This document shows, piece after piece, positions 1 through 11,686 of a stretch of DNA of 64,000 bases. Numbering within the stretch: the first letter of the stretch is position 1; each line of letters opens with the position of its first letter. This DNA is from Octopus sinensis (Eukaryota). The notes beneath the pieces are model-generated. The model ran no database searches, was not told the origin of the DNA, and saw only the letters and a list, made by a program, of their open reading frames with translations. Both the position numbers and the translations under genes were made by a program. The DNA is taken from assembly GCF_006345805.1 (NCBI RefSeq), contig NC_043003.1, positions 115,320,001 to 115,384,000 of the forward strand, given 5' to 3'.

Positions 1-193
1 CGAACCGCTAAGTTACGGGAACGTAAACACACCAGCATCGGTTGTCAAACAATGTTGGGGGACAACACACACACACACACACACGTATATATATACATAT
101 ATACGACGGGCTTCTTTCAGTTTCCGTCTTCCAAATCCACTCACAAGGCTTCGGTCGGCCCGAGGCTATAGTAGACACTTGCCCAAGGTGCCA
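1..193 (-). mobile_element. SINE family A fragment (tRNA-derived SINE with internal TA/CA microsatellite)
   Basis: Reverse complement matches the copies at 13427-13805, 17697-18150 and 62911-63293 (ggcaccttgggcaagtgtc...gccttgtgagtggatttgg...ggaaactgaaagaagcccgtcg). Confidence 0.9.
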
Positions 194-463
194 TACTAAT
201 TATATTCTTTATTCTATATTATATCTATTGTGAATAATAGAGCGCATCTAATATTAATAATATCAGTAATAACTGCATATTGTATATGCTTATAAATGTA
301 AATATGTATGTATATTTCAGTATATATATTGGTATTTATGTATGTATATATATATATATGTATATGTATATGTATATGTATATCTATCTTTATATCTATC
401 TATCTATCTATATATATATATTTATATATATATATATATATATATATGGTGTGTGTGTGTATG

Positions 464-494
<31 letters not shown>

Positions 495-582
495 TTATCT
501 ATATATAAGTATTCAAATGTCTGTGTATTTTATTTATTTTATATTTATATTTATTTGTAACTTAACATTATGTACTCTATAA

Positions 583-703
583 TCTCCAACGAAGCGTAGA
601 GATATACCCAAGTACCTCATTTTCATCTACCTATTACTTCACTCCACTTGAGTAATAAAGGTAGAATGAGGTATTTTTACCTCTTCGCTGAAACAGCTGT
701 AAG
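583..703 (+). ncRNA. Degenerate type-I hammerhead ribozyme with ~95-nt stem II
   Basis: The core reads CCAACGA instead of CTGANGA. Stem II is agcgtagag/ctcttcgct, enclosing tacctcatt/aatgaggta, ctacc/ggtag and tattac/gtaata. It is followed by GAAAC-AGCT-GTA with a palindromic stem III. Confidence 0.55.
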
Positions 704-1275
704 TGATTTCCCAATTTATATCCATGTTTGTTATTTTATAATAATTACCGGTAGCCTTATATATTACTATATTTTATGTTTTATATGTAAAACATATGTT
801 ACCTGTATGTATATTATTGTAATTATCAGTTTAGTAAATAAATAAATAAGTTAACATAATATAATGTCTAAAAGTTGATGAACCACCTAATGATCCTCTC
901 CATTGTCTTATTGCTATATAAATTAATGGTAAAATATCTCCTTACCTTCACCCGTTTAGTATAATACATAATGTAATTGCAATGCTATAAATAACACTTC
1001 TGTATTAATAATTGTATATTCTATCAGCAGTATATTGGATAGATATTATCCCTTAGTGGGTTGGATTCACAACCTCTAACTTTCTTGGAGTTATATATAT
1101 ATATATATATATGCATGTATATACAAACTTTTATTCTTCTACATGCTTCAGTCCTAAGGGTGTGCCATACAGGGACACTGCCAGTGAAAAATAACAAATG
1201 TTATAATCGGGAGTCGAACTTTGATCGATGGTTAGGAAGACAACCATGATATATATATATTATATATATATTATA

Positions 1276-1309
<34 letters not shown>

Positions 1310-1412
1310 TACGCTGAAGAGAAAAGAAGTTTCGGTAAGATAGAATTATTTAATATTTAATATTTAATTCTTATGCTTTCCTAAAAACTTGATTTCGAAA
1401 CGTACGTCCGTA
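1310..1412 (+). ncRNA. Type-I hammerhead ribozyme in a short TA-flanked element (~1310-1600)
   Basis: Stem I tacg/cgta; CTGAAGA 1314-1320; stem II gaaaagaagttt/aaacttgatttc; GAAA 1397-1400; palindromic stem III acgtacgt; cleavage triplet GTC ending at 1408. Confidence 0.8.
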
Positions 1413-1599
1413 GATAACTTAAAAATGTATGATAGATTGCCGTCAATTCATTCTCTCTTACCTGTTTGTGTCTGCCTTCCAATTGCTGTTTTACTGAGAT
1501 CTCCCTTTTTAGTAGAAGAAATAGCTATAACTCTTTGACTGCTATTTCTAAATTCGGTATGTGGTAAGGCAATTCGTTGCTATACCCTTTATTGCTTAG

Positions 1600-1659
1600 T
1601 ATATATATATATATATGTCTATATATATAAACATACCTTGTCACATATGTACATATACA

Positions 1660-1703
<44 letters not shown>

Positions 1704-1724
1704 TGTCTATGCATATATATATAT

Positions 1725-1783
<59 letters not shown>

Positions 1784-1818
1784 TGTCTGTCTATGCATAT
1801 ATACATATATACATTTCG

Positions 1819-1870
<52 letters not shown>
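1600..1870. repeat. Compound (TA)n/(TG)n microsatellite
   Basis: Directly visible; explains the IYIY/THTH ORFs. Confidence 0.95.
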
Positions 1871-3455
1871 CTTAACAAACATGCATGTATTTATATAATT
1901 GGCAATATTAATAACATATAAGTATGAGTTTCCAAGCAAGGTTTGTTTTATTCTCACCACTAATTATACGATTCAAATTTTACTTCAAGTAATTCCCTCT
2001 TGGATTAAGAGAAAGTGCTTAGGGCAAGGATATTTAGGGCCTATTATACGTGTTAATTGAGAGCATGAAACTGCAATTAAGGCAAATAATTCACACGTGT
2101 GCTTTAACTTGTTAACTCCGGTTAATTCGCATGTTATTTGCTGTTTAGCCCCAGGCCAATGCTGACAGATTAAGCGTATGCTAAAATGTTGAAATTTATT
2201 TCATTGATTAAATCATTTGGTAAGGTTTTAGTCATTTGAACTCTGTTATTCATATTTCGCGTTCCCTATACGGTAGCCTGTGATTTGAGGTAATTCGACT
2301 TTTATATTTTGTTAATGTTGTTCGATTGCATAGAAGATGCTTCGTTGGTTTATGATGTTTCAAGATAGGTTTGAATGAAAATATATCTTGATTATTACTT
2401 TTTAAAAATTCGGTAACAAGATCATTTCTGAAAATATTATAAAAATGCACTATACTCACGTTTGTCTAAATCGATGGTTGTATTTTACGATTTTAATGGA
2501 TCAAATATTGACAAATTTTAATTTTCTCCCGCTTCTGTTAAGTTCGAATTAAAGTTTTGCAATTAAATTTAGTGTTTATTATTAGTAGGAGCTTTGTAAC
2601 TTTTGATAAGTTGAAAGGAAACAATTAGCAAGACTTAATCAAAGACATTTATCCGGGTGCATCGTTAATAAAAACGTAATTCTGCCAAAGAAAAAAATGA
2701 AAACGCAAATTCTTCGCAAAATATAGCAACTATTATTCACAGTAAAGGAAATAAGTCTGCCACCCTCGGCCATTTTACAAGAATATCGCTATTCTACTTG
2801 TTTTTCCAAAACAAGAATAATCACCAACTTCAAAGAATATAACTGCCAACTTGAGCACACGGTCTTACGATTATAATCGAATTTAAGCTCATCAATTTTT
2901 TCATTTACTTTACAGAGAGAAGCACGAGAGTATTAGCAACTATTATGGATGAACATATTTATTCAATCGGTAGCAAATGGACGCTTTGTGATCACTGGAG
3001 GCTACAGTAACATCAACAGTAATAAATATTATGTAACTGAGTATACCTCGGGGAACAAAGGGTCAAGCTCAAAGTTATGATTCTCTCAGAACTACTGTAA
3101 TTCCATTCGACATTTGTAGACTACGTTACAAGCGAAAGTTCTCGAGAGAAGAAGAATAAACATAGTGAAGTCACGTGTGGTCTGAACTAAATATTGTGGT
3201 AAGCAACAGAAACATTTACTATAGACTGCTACACGCTGCGTACCATAGAAACACACGCAAACGCACACACACATGTATGTATGTGTGTATGTATGTATAT
3301 GTATATTAGTTCAAACATGCAGGCATAGTGTGTTCGAAAGGAAATTGTTGCTACAAGAAGTTTGCGAATTAGTCGTGACCCTACAAAAGACATTTGGTTG
3401 AATATAACGAAAAATATGTATTAATCTCGGGTACTTTCAGTCGTTATGCTCACAT

Positions 3456-3508
3456 AATGAAATAATTTTGTCCAATGAAATAATTTTGTCCAATGAAATA
3501 ATTTTGTC
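3456..3508 (+). repeat. 18-bp tandem repeat, ~3 copies
   Basis: Unit aatgaaataattttgtcc. Confidence 0.9.
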
Positions 3509-3717
3509 GCTCGGAATTTGGGGATTTTCAGTTGAATGGACACTTTATATTATGCTTTTTGTAATTGATCACTATGTGAACTGATAGCCGATTTCTTAAG
3601 AACAGCCTTCTGTCACAGCCGTACTATTTTCTGAATTCATATTACAATAAACATTAATATTTAGAGATAAAGGCAGTGCATATATATACATAAACATACA
3701 GGCATACAATGGATATC

Positions 3718-3738
3718 TCTATCTATCTATCTATCTAC

Positions 3739-3827
<89 letters not shown>

Positions 3828-3865
3828 CAGCTATCTATCTAGCTAGCTACCTACCTACCTACCTA

Positions 3866-3902
<37 letters not shown>
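3718..3902. repeat. (ATCT)n/(ACCT)n/(TA)n microsatellite
   Basis: Directly visible. Confidence 0.95.
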
Positions 3903-3903
<1 letters not shown>

Positions 3904-3907
<4 letters not shown>

Positions 3908-4270
3908 AGGTGCATGGCTTAGTGGTTAGAGCGTCGAGCTTGCGATCGTGAGGTTGTGAGTTCGATTCCGGGATCGAGCTGTGTGTTACGTTCTTGAGCA
4001 AAATTCTTTATTTCACGTTGATCCATTTCACTCAATTATAGAAATGAGTTGCGACGTCACTGGCGCCAAGCTGTATCGCCCTTTGCTTTTCCCTTGGATA
4101 ACATCGGTGGTGTGGAGAGGGGAGGCTGGTATGCATGGGCGTCTGCTGGTCATCCATAAAAACACTCCTAGGTGGTGCATTTGCCGGTGAGGGTCTTTCA
4201 GCTCAGACTTGTACTCCGGAGGGGAACCTCTTGGGTTCAGCCATTGTCATTCGTGACCGTCGGAGTCGAT
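3904..4270 (+). mobile_element. SINE family C, near full length
   Basis: tRNA-like head with A box TGGCTTAGTGG and B box GTTCGATTCC; body shared with 47255-47492; lies between TA tracts. Confidence 0.85.
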
Positions 4271-4271
4271 T

Positions 4272-4309
<38 letters not shown>

Positions 4310-4388
4310 ATTAAGGGTAGAAATTGATATTAATCAATTAAAACCAGTGGCCTTGCATATTTAAAAATAATCCGAAGATTAAAAGTTT

Positions 4389-4602
4389 TATACATACAAA
4401 ATTTAGAGGAATGACCACTAATAGGGAACAGCCTGTATGCTAGATATAGACGTCAAACTCGCCATTTACCACGAAGAATGTGTTCTGAAAAAAAAATGTT
4501 CTTGAGAACACATTCTTCGTGGTAAATGGTAAGTTTGACGTCTATATCTAGCATACAGGCTGTCCATTATTAGTGGTCATTTCTCTAAATTTTGTATATA
4601 TA
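4389..4602. repeat. Inverted repeat with ~97-bp arms and 18-bp spacer, within a TA-flanked element
   Basis: 4389-4486 is the imperfect reverse complement of 4505-4602. Confidence 0.9.
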
Positions 4603-4699
4603 TATGAAGACGGAATAACATGATGCAAGTTATTTTTGGCAATGATATAATTATTTTGCTACGTCACCAACTTATATATTGATAATAATGTGTATATAT

Positions 4700-4930
4700 A
4701 TTTCTTTACTACCCACAAGGGGCTAAACATAGAGGGGACAAACAAGGACAGACAAAGGGGTTAAGTCGATTACATCGACCCCAGTGCGAAACTGGTACTT
4801 AATTTATCGACCCCGAAAGGATGAAAGGCAAAGTCGACCTCGGCGAAATTTGAACTCAGAAACGTAACGGCAGACGAAATACGGCTACGCATTTCGCCCG
4901 GTGTGCTAACGTGTCTGCCAGCCCGCCGCC
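4700..4930 (-). mobile_element. SINE family B, full length, tail type 1
   Basis: A box TGGCAGACACGTTAG and B box GAGTTCAAATTC on the minus strand; tail agccccttgtgggtagtaaagaaa; ataatgtgtatata repeated on both sides. Confidence 0.9.
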
Positions 4931-6577
4931 TTTTGTGTATATAATGTGTATATAGCTGTGATGCGAGGCGATGTTTTGTAATAACTTTTGAGTCTGTTCA
5001 TCTATGTTTGAGATATATTTGACATGGGAATTGGCCGATTTCACTGCGATTCGTTGGGGAGGAAAGTGTTACAGCAACAACGGTTGATTCAGAATGCTTA
5101 CTCCGTATTAAAATTCTTTCTATTACTATCAGAACCAGCTACTAAAAAGACGATCTGAGGAAAATAATCTATGTAGAACTTGTTTCTTTGTCAAAAATTT
5201 AGTAAGAGATATAGTCTGAGTGTGTCCAAGGGTTCTTACAGTGATTTTAGAAGACACTCGGTGGACCGATGAATGTAGTGTAAATAACTATATAAGATGA
5301 ATAAGACAAGAGATAAAAATAAAGCGTATAAGCAAAGTACTTGTCAGATAAAGTGTTTCCTATATATCCTAAATTTCGTAAAGTATCAGCATAAATTAAT
5401 CGGAAATGTGCATACATACAAAACTACAAATAAAATATTACGAAAAATTCATAAAGGAAACTGAATACAAGTTTATAACATTTGATTAGCAACTGATTTT
5501 CAGTAAACATTCAGCCATGTTTCTGTGACTGATTATAGTTAGAAGATTCAGAAATATCCATGAGAACATTTCTGAAGAGAAAGCAATTAGCAGTATGCAG
5601 GGAATTTCCACGCTAAATACGATGTTTTGGGGATTGTTGGGCGTTTATATAGAACAATACAAATTAGTGTTTATTTTGAAATTACATATTTTACAGGATT
5701 TTCGTTTAAAAACACCTGTACTTCTTTTGGATAAAGCAGTAATTAAGAACACATACATTTTCCGTTCTCTTTGCACTTTAGGGGTTCATTTATGATTTTG
5801 AGAGGTCTACAGCGATTACTAAGATTATAGATGTCACCAATGTTGTAACTTTCAACCGTGTTTTATTTTTATTCTATTTGTTTCTTTATGTTCTCAACGG
5901 TTTACATTTTCTATCTTGGACACGTTCTTTTATCTGTCGTAAATATTCACTGAATTCTCTTTGAGCCATTCGACCCTCCACTTTGTACATCGTTGCTTAT
6001 ACCGTTTCATTCTCTCCCCTCTTAACTCACATCGACAGCCATCCACATTTTATAAATGAATATCAATTTTCTAGCGAGAAGACGATACATAATTGCACTT
6101 ATACGCACACTTTAAGTGATATGCAATATAATAAAATGTATTTCACTAAGAAAAGAATACTACATTTTCCCTATCCACTCACCACTATCATCACCTCTAC
6201 CACCATCACCACCACTACCACCATCACCACCACTAACACCAACACCAGCATCAACAACACCACCATCACCACCACCACCACCAACAACAACAGCAGCATT
6301 AACGACAACCGCACCATCATAATTATAGTTTTCTGCAACAAAGCTCATTTAAGGTGCTTCATTTCAGTTGAGTTATTTGTTAATATCCACTTTTCCTGCA
6401 GTCGATGTATCGCTGACTAGCAAATTAACAAATAAGAACAAATGAAAAACAATAGAATATCCAGCGCTGTTTTGGTTTGTCATTTCACTTCCATCGAAAG
6501 ATCTCTCTTTCTATCTGTGCTAAGATTATTACGAGATATAATGCAAGTTTTCTTTCTTCCCTCTGTCAATGTGAATC

Positions 6578-6775
6578 GTGGTGGCACTCCGTCGGTTACG
6601 ACGACGAGGGTTCCATTTGATCCGATCAATGGAACAGCCTGCTCGTGAAATTAGCGTGCAAGTGGCTGAGCACTCCACAGACACGTGTACCCTCAACTTA
6701 GTTCTCGGGGAGATTCAGCTTGACACAGATTGTGACAACGCTGGCTCTTTGAAATACAGGAACAAGAGAAACACG
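6578..6775 (+). mobile_element. Probable dispersed repeat or SINE body fragment
   Basis: GC-richer block resembling a cephalopod interspersed repeat I recognise; single copy here, so not confirmed internally. Confidence 0.4.
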
Positions 6776-6779
6776 TAGA

Positions 6780-6950
6780 AAGTCCGAGAGACAGTTGTGG
6801 TGTAAGATTACAGCAGGGTTCGCCACTACCCCCTGCTGATGTCTCATGGAGCTTTAGGAGATTTCGCTTAATAAACACTCACAACGCGCGGTCTGAGAAT
6901 CGAAACCGCGATCTTACGACCGTAAGTCCGCTGCGCCATTGTGCCTTCAC
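6780..6950 (-). mobile_element. SINE family D fragment
   Basis: Reverse complement matches 47582-47870 (gatcgcggtttcgattc..agacc, ggtagtggcga.ccctgctgta, caccacaact). Confidence 0.8.
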
Positions 6951-7051
6951 TCAATGTGAATAGATAGTTAAATAAATAAAAGATAGAGAATATACAAAAA
7001 TTAAATATTAAAATGCAATATAAATGTTTAACATTCTCCTCTACTAAAGAC

Positions 7052-7131
7052 GTCAAGCTCAACAGGGTCTTCTTTCCCGGCCGATCCATCCAAGCCCGTT
7101 TCCTTGGCTGTGGTTTCGTTAGACACTAGAT
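7052..7131 (-). pseudogene. ~80-nt diverged 28S rRNA fragment
   Basis: Minus strand reads CGAAACCACAGCCAAGGAAACGGGCTTGG...GGGAAAGAAGACCCTGTTGAGCTTGAC, a conserved eukaryotic LSU rRNA segment. Confidence 0.9.
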
Positions 7132-8765
7132 TAAATATCAGTTACAGCAATATAAATGGTTAAAATTCTCCTCTACTAAACCCGTTATATTTCTCTTCAC
7201 CTCTTACTTCAACAAAAGTTTTAACCATGTGATTCCTCCTCACGTGTCTTTACAATTTACCGCTTCCTCTTTCTTTTCACCTCTCACTTTCACTAATCAC
7301 GTGCAGTGTCACTACACTCCCTTCATCAACCTTTTACTCATAATATAACTGCCGTTCACCACTTTCTTTCAATCTCTCTCTCTTTCTCTCTCTGTGCATG
7401 CATTTAAGCTCACCACTAAGACGTCAGCCTTCTGCTAAGCACCGTATTACTAACTATATTTCTTCTTTGAGATAACGTTCTAAGCACGTGATAACCCTCG
7501 TCATTAACACTTCTCTCGTTCTTTGGCTGTCTCTTCGGTTAACCACCTGACAGCGCAACGCATTTGGCCTCAGTGTATTAATATTTATAGTTAACGCACA
7601 ATCGACAGATATTCCTTCGCTTTTAGCACTTTGAGATTCGAATACAACTGAAGATGAATATTTGTTGACAGTCTGCTATTTGTATGTATAAACTGAGATA
7701 GATTTCATCTGTCTACATTATATTACTAATATGTTTTGAATGCAAGTAAATTCCCGCGGCTGTGATTGTCAGGGATATAACGAAACTATTTTCCTTTTAA
7801 CGTAATGACGTAGTGCTTTATAAGAACACTCTGAGTTCCGATAAAAAACAAATATATCTGCATTGTTAGCATGATGGCATCGATGTTTGTTTCAAACATT
7901 CAGAAACATATTAGCATGACACCTCACAAGAATAAAGTCTATGTGAAGCTTCTTACATCATTGCTAATAAAAATACGGACATGCTTATATTCAATGTATA
8001 TCGTTCCGGAAATGACAACACATTTTACTATTTCTTTCTCTCTTCGCTTTTTTTTTAAATATTTTAAATATTGTTTCTACAGCAAAACCCTTTTTTGTCC
8101 GCATATATCTTGACAGCCACGAAGGAAATATTGGTATTAAATAAATTATTCTGTCCAATTATGATCAGGACTTTATACCTCTAACATTCTCGCACTACCA
8201 CTTTCACCACAACCACCACTCTGATATATGCAAATAGTCTCTACACCAAACCAATAATTCTATTATTATTGTAAATATTTTAAAGATGATTATCACCGCA
8301 ATAGCTTCTGAAGCAGAAATTTACGAAAATCAGCCGAAACCGCAACGTCGTTAACAACAAGGCCAATGTACCAGCTATAAATCTCTGTAGCAGTATACAT
8401 AAACGATTTTATCGAAAAAAAAACTCTCTGATTTGGAGGTAAATATACTCTACAAAAAAAAAAGGAAAGTAAACCACATCAAAATTTATGATTCGTTTCA
8501 ACTAAGCAAAGAACAAATTCAGCTTGGGGATTCTTGGTAAGACTTTGATTAAATGTCATTTTCTCTGTAGTTTCTTGTAGAAGACAAGGAACAATATCAA
8601 TCCTTGTTATCTTTTGAACATTATAGGCCTTGGGTATCACATGGTAAATTTTTCCCATATAAGTAGAAATGTCTTACCATGTATCGATCTATTGATCTAT
8701 GAGTACATATACACAAATATAATGTAAATATATGTATGTATATATATAGTGTAAATATATGTATG

Positions 8766-8799
<34 letters not shown>

Positions 8800-8888
8800 T
8801 ATATGTATATATATATTTGTGTGTATGAGTGTGTGTGTGTGTGTGTGTGTAAATATATACGTATAAAATATGTGTAAATATATGTATG

Positions 8889-8955
<67 letters not shown>

Positions 8956-9008
8956 TGAATTGAAGAAATGGAGCTGGACGCAGATTGAACAGAAATCGTT
9001 TTATTTCA

Positions 9009-9088
9009 TTCTACACGTGTTTCGAAAGGCACAAATTACCAAAATCCGGTTGAATAATGGGACCATATTGTGTCTTTCTCTTCAGGAA
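9009..9088 (-). ncRNA. Type-I hammerhead ribozyme (left arm)
   Basis: Minus strand: ttc-CTGAAGA-gaaagacacaa...ttgtgcctttc-GAAAC-acgt-GTA-gaa. Confidence 0.75.
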
Positions 9089-9267
9089 GAAAAAAGGAAA
9101 TCCGTTAGAGAAACAAAAACAGAACAGAGGCGGAGCAAAAACAAATCGAACTATGCCCTAAGAGCCCATGGCGAAACGTTTCGCCATGGGCTCTTAGGAG
9201 CATAGTTCGATTTGGTTTTTGCTCCGCCTCTGTTCTGTTTTTGTTTCTCTAACGGATTTCTTTTTTC

Positions 9268-9342
9268 TTCCTGAAGAGACACAAATGGTCCCATTATTCA
9301 ACCGGATTTTGGTAATTTGTGCCTTTCGAAACACGTGTAGAA
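9268..9342 (+). ncRNA. Type-I hammerhead ribozyme (right arm, 4-nt deletion in stem II)
   Basis: CTGAAGA 9271-9277, GAAAC 9328-9332, palindromic acacgtgt, GTA ending at 9339. Confidence 0.65.
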
Positions 9343-9874
9343 TGAAATAAAACGATTTCTGTTCAATCTGCGTCCAGCTCCATTTCTTCATTCACCAATA
9401 ATGTTTTAATTTCAATTATCCCACCAACGCACGTTGCAACGCCAGATGGTTGTACCTCAACCGTGCTGTTTACTGCTGTGATTTTTGCTACTAAGGTATC
9501 GGTTAACTTTTGATTAATCTACAAGATTATTCATCTTTCTATTTCACATAATATATATTATATATTATATATATATATACTATATATATATATATATATA
9601 TATCTGTAAGTATATATATATATACAAACGCATAAATACACATACACACACAACACACATACTATATATATATATATATACAGAGAGAGAGAGAGAGAGA
9701 GTAGAGGGAGAGAAGGACGGAAAAAAGAAAGTATACAGCCGTATTATCATTATCATCATTGAATGTATCCAATGATTTGTCATCGATGTAGATCAGAGAA
9801 GGCTGAATAAAACTGTGGGCCAACCTACACCCTTTGTATTCATATATGTATATATGTATACATTAGTGCATGCA

Positions 9875-9922
<48 letters not shown>

Positions 9923-10697
9923 CACACATACACGCATGCGCACACAGACACATCTACTCATATATTCATTTCTTCGACTGAACATGGCGTGATCTGTTTT
10001 CTTTTAAATGGATTTCGCCGTGCGTGTGAATATTTTGTGGTATGCATATTTAAAACCTTAACCCCTCACCTGAGAAGTGATAGCGAAATTCTCAACCTGG
10101 TATTTTATACGTACAAGAAACACAATATAGGACGAGTAGCTTGGAATGCGTTACTATGATCTCCTTATGCTTGTCATATGTTGTCTGTAAACCTCAATTG
10201 ATGTAAACGGATGTTGCAGTGTAATCTGAGAAACCTCTTTGCGTTTTTGGTATAAGACATCTACGTATTGGGTAGATATACATGTGATTCACTTTAGGGC
10301 ATTGATATTTTCACTTTCATTTACATAAATTCTTTCAATATATATACGTAAGATATATACCAAGAAATACACACACAGATGTGAAGGCAGGTAAACATAC
10401 GTATATATGCTTCATTTTAGTGTTTGTTATTATTTGACAGAACGTTGTTAAGATTTTATTAATGATGGGAGAAAAGAAATGTCTAGAAAGCATATGACTG
10501 AACACTTAAAAGGAGAGACCCTATGTCTATATGATGGGGTGACTTAAAAGAAAAGCCGATAATCTTTGTAGAAGTACACAATTCAACTCTCAAAACCACA
10601 TCGGCAGGTTTGCCCTAAACACCCTGGCAGGATTAATGAAATTATGCATTTGCTGACGTATAAGACTAGACGTAATTATTTATAAATGTTTAATGCA

Positions 10698-10884
10698 GAT
10701 AGCTGGCAGAATCGTTAGCACGATTGGGTGTGTCTTCGCTTTCTGGGTTCAAATTCGGCCGAGGACAATTTTGCCTTTCGCCATTTCGGGGTCGATTAAA
10801 TAAGTACCAGTTACGCACTGAGGTTGGTGTAATTGCCTCAACCCCTTCCCCCAAATCCGTGGCCTTGTTCTTCCAGTTGAAAGC
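10698..10884 (+). mobile_element. SINE family B, tail type 2
   Basis: agctggcagaatcgttagcacg...gggttcaaattc...gtaccagttacgcactg; flanked by attatttataaat at 10675-10687 and 10885-10897. Confidence 0.85.
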
Positions 10885-11104
10885 ATTATTTATAAATCCT
10901 TGAGAAACTGCTTTTAGTCTAACGCGGTGGTATTGAGAATGGAAGCTGGCATAATAAGTAATACTGATAACAAAATATTTAAAACAAAATCCAAAATATC
11001 AAAGTCTGTTTCCAACAAACTTACCAAGAATTGCTCACAGTACAACGGCAGTAGTGCTGTGTAGTGACAACAGTGCATTAAACCTCCTTACAATCCACAC
11101 CATA

Positions 11105-11142
11105 GGCTCAGGAGTGGCTGTGTGGTAAGTAGCTTCTTACCA
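11105..11142 (+). mobile_element. 5' head of a SINE family A copy, split by the 11143-13426 insertion
   Basis: caggagtggctgtgtggtaagtagctt matches the intact head at 62911; the SINE resumes at 13427. Confidence 0.85.
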
Positions 11143-11432
11143 GACAGACGTGCTGTTTTTTGCTCCGGCAAATGTCACGTGTTAACGTGAATTATTGAAC
11201 ATTTTACGGCAACAGGTAGGACATTTTGGATATTTTTGGAAGCATAGTGAGGTTTATTGCTTGCCGTTGATACTTTTTTGTTTAATTAGTGTTAACACTT
11301 TTCTGCGCGCAATAAGCTTCACTTTGCTTCGGATGCATTTGTTCTGCCTGTTGGCGTATTTATTGTCTCACCTTTTAGTGAGAATTGTGTATTTTGAAGA
11401 GGCATAGCCCCTCCTCAAAAATTAATTTGTTC

Positions 11433-11519
11433 GCTTGGATTTACCACGGAGAACCAATTGTGCTTGGATTTACCACGGAGAACCAATTGTGCTTGGATTT
11501 ACCACGGAGAACCAAGTGT
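11433..11519 (+). repeat. 29-bp tandem repeat x3 in the element 5' UTR
   Basis: Unit gcttggatttaccacggagaaccaattgt starts at 11433, 11462 and 11491. Confidence 0.95.
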
Positions 11520-11686
11520 GCTGCAACTAGGAGTACCCTGTTTCGTGAGGATTACCAGTTGCAGAACTGTGTTGCCATTATTTGAACTGTCTTCCTTCGT
11601 CCTTTTCTCTGTTCTGTCTTTCTGCTCTGTCATTGTGTTTTTTTCTTATTGGACTTTGAACTTTTAGTTGAGATTTTTTCAAAATC

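Larger units (their letters stand above)
8951..9400. mobile_element. 450-bp zero-spacer palindrome from a hammerhead-bearing (Penelope pLTR-like) element
   Basis: Arms are near-perfect reverse complements about gcgaaac|gtttcgc (9177/9178). The right arm continues to a TA tract at ~9550. Confidence 0.85.

Noticed and set aside
3904-3980. Functional tRNA gene (also other SINE heads)
   Set aside because: A and B boxes are present, but the sequence runs into a multi-copy SINE body and I cannot fold a full cloverleaf.
7052-7131. Functional rDNA unit
   Set aside because: Only ~80 nt, diverged, with no adjacent rRNA sequence.
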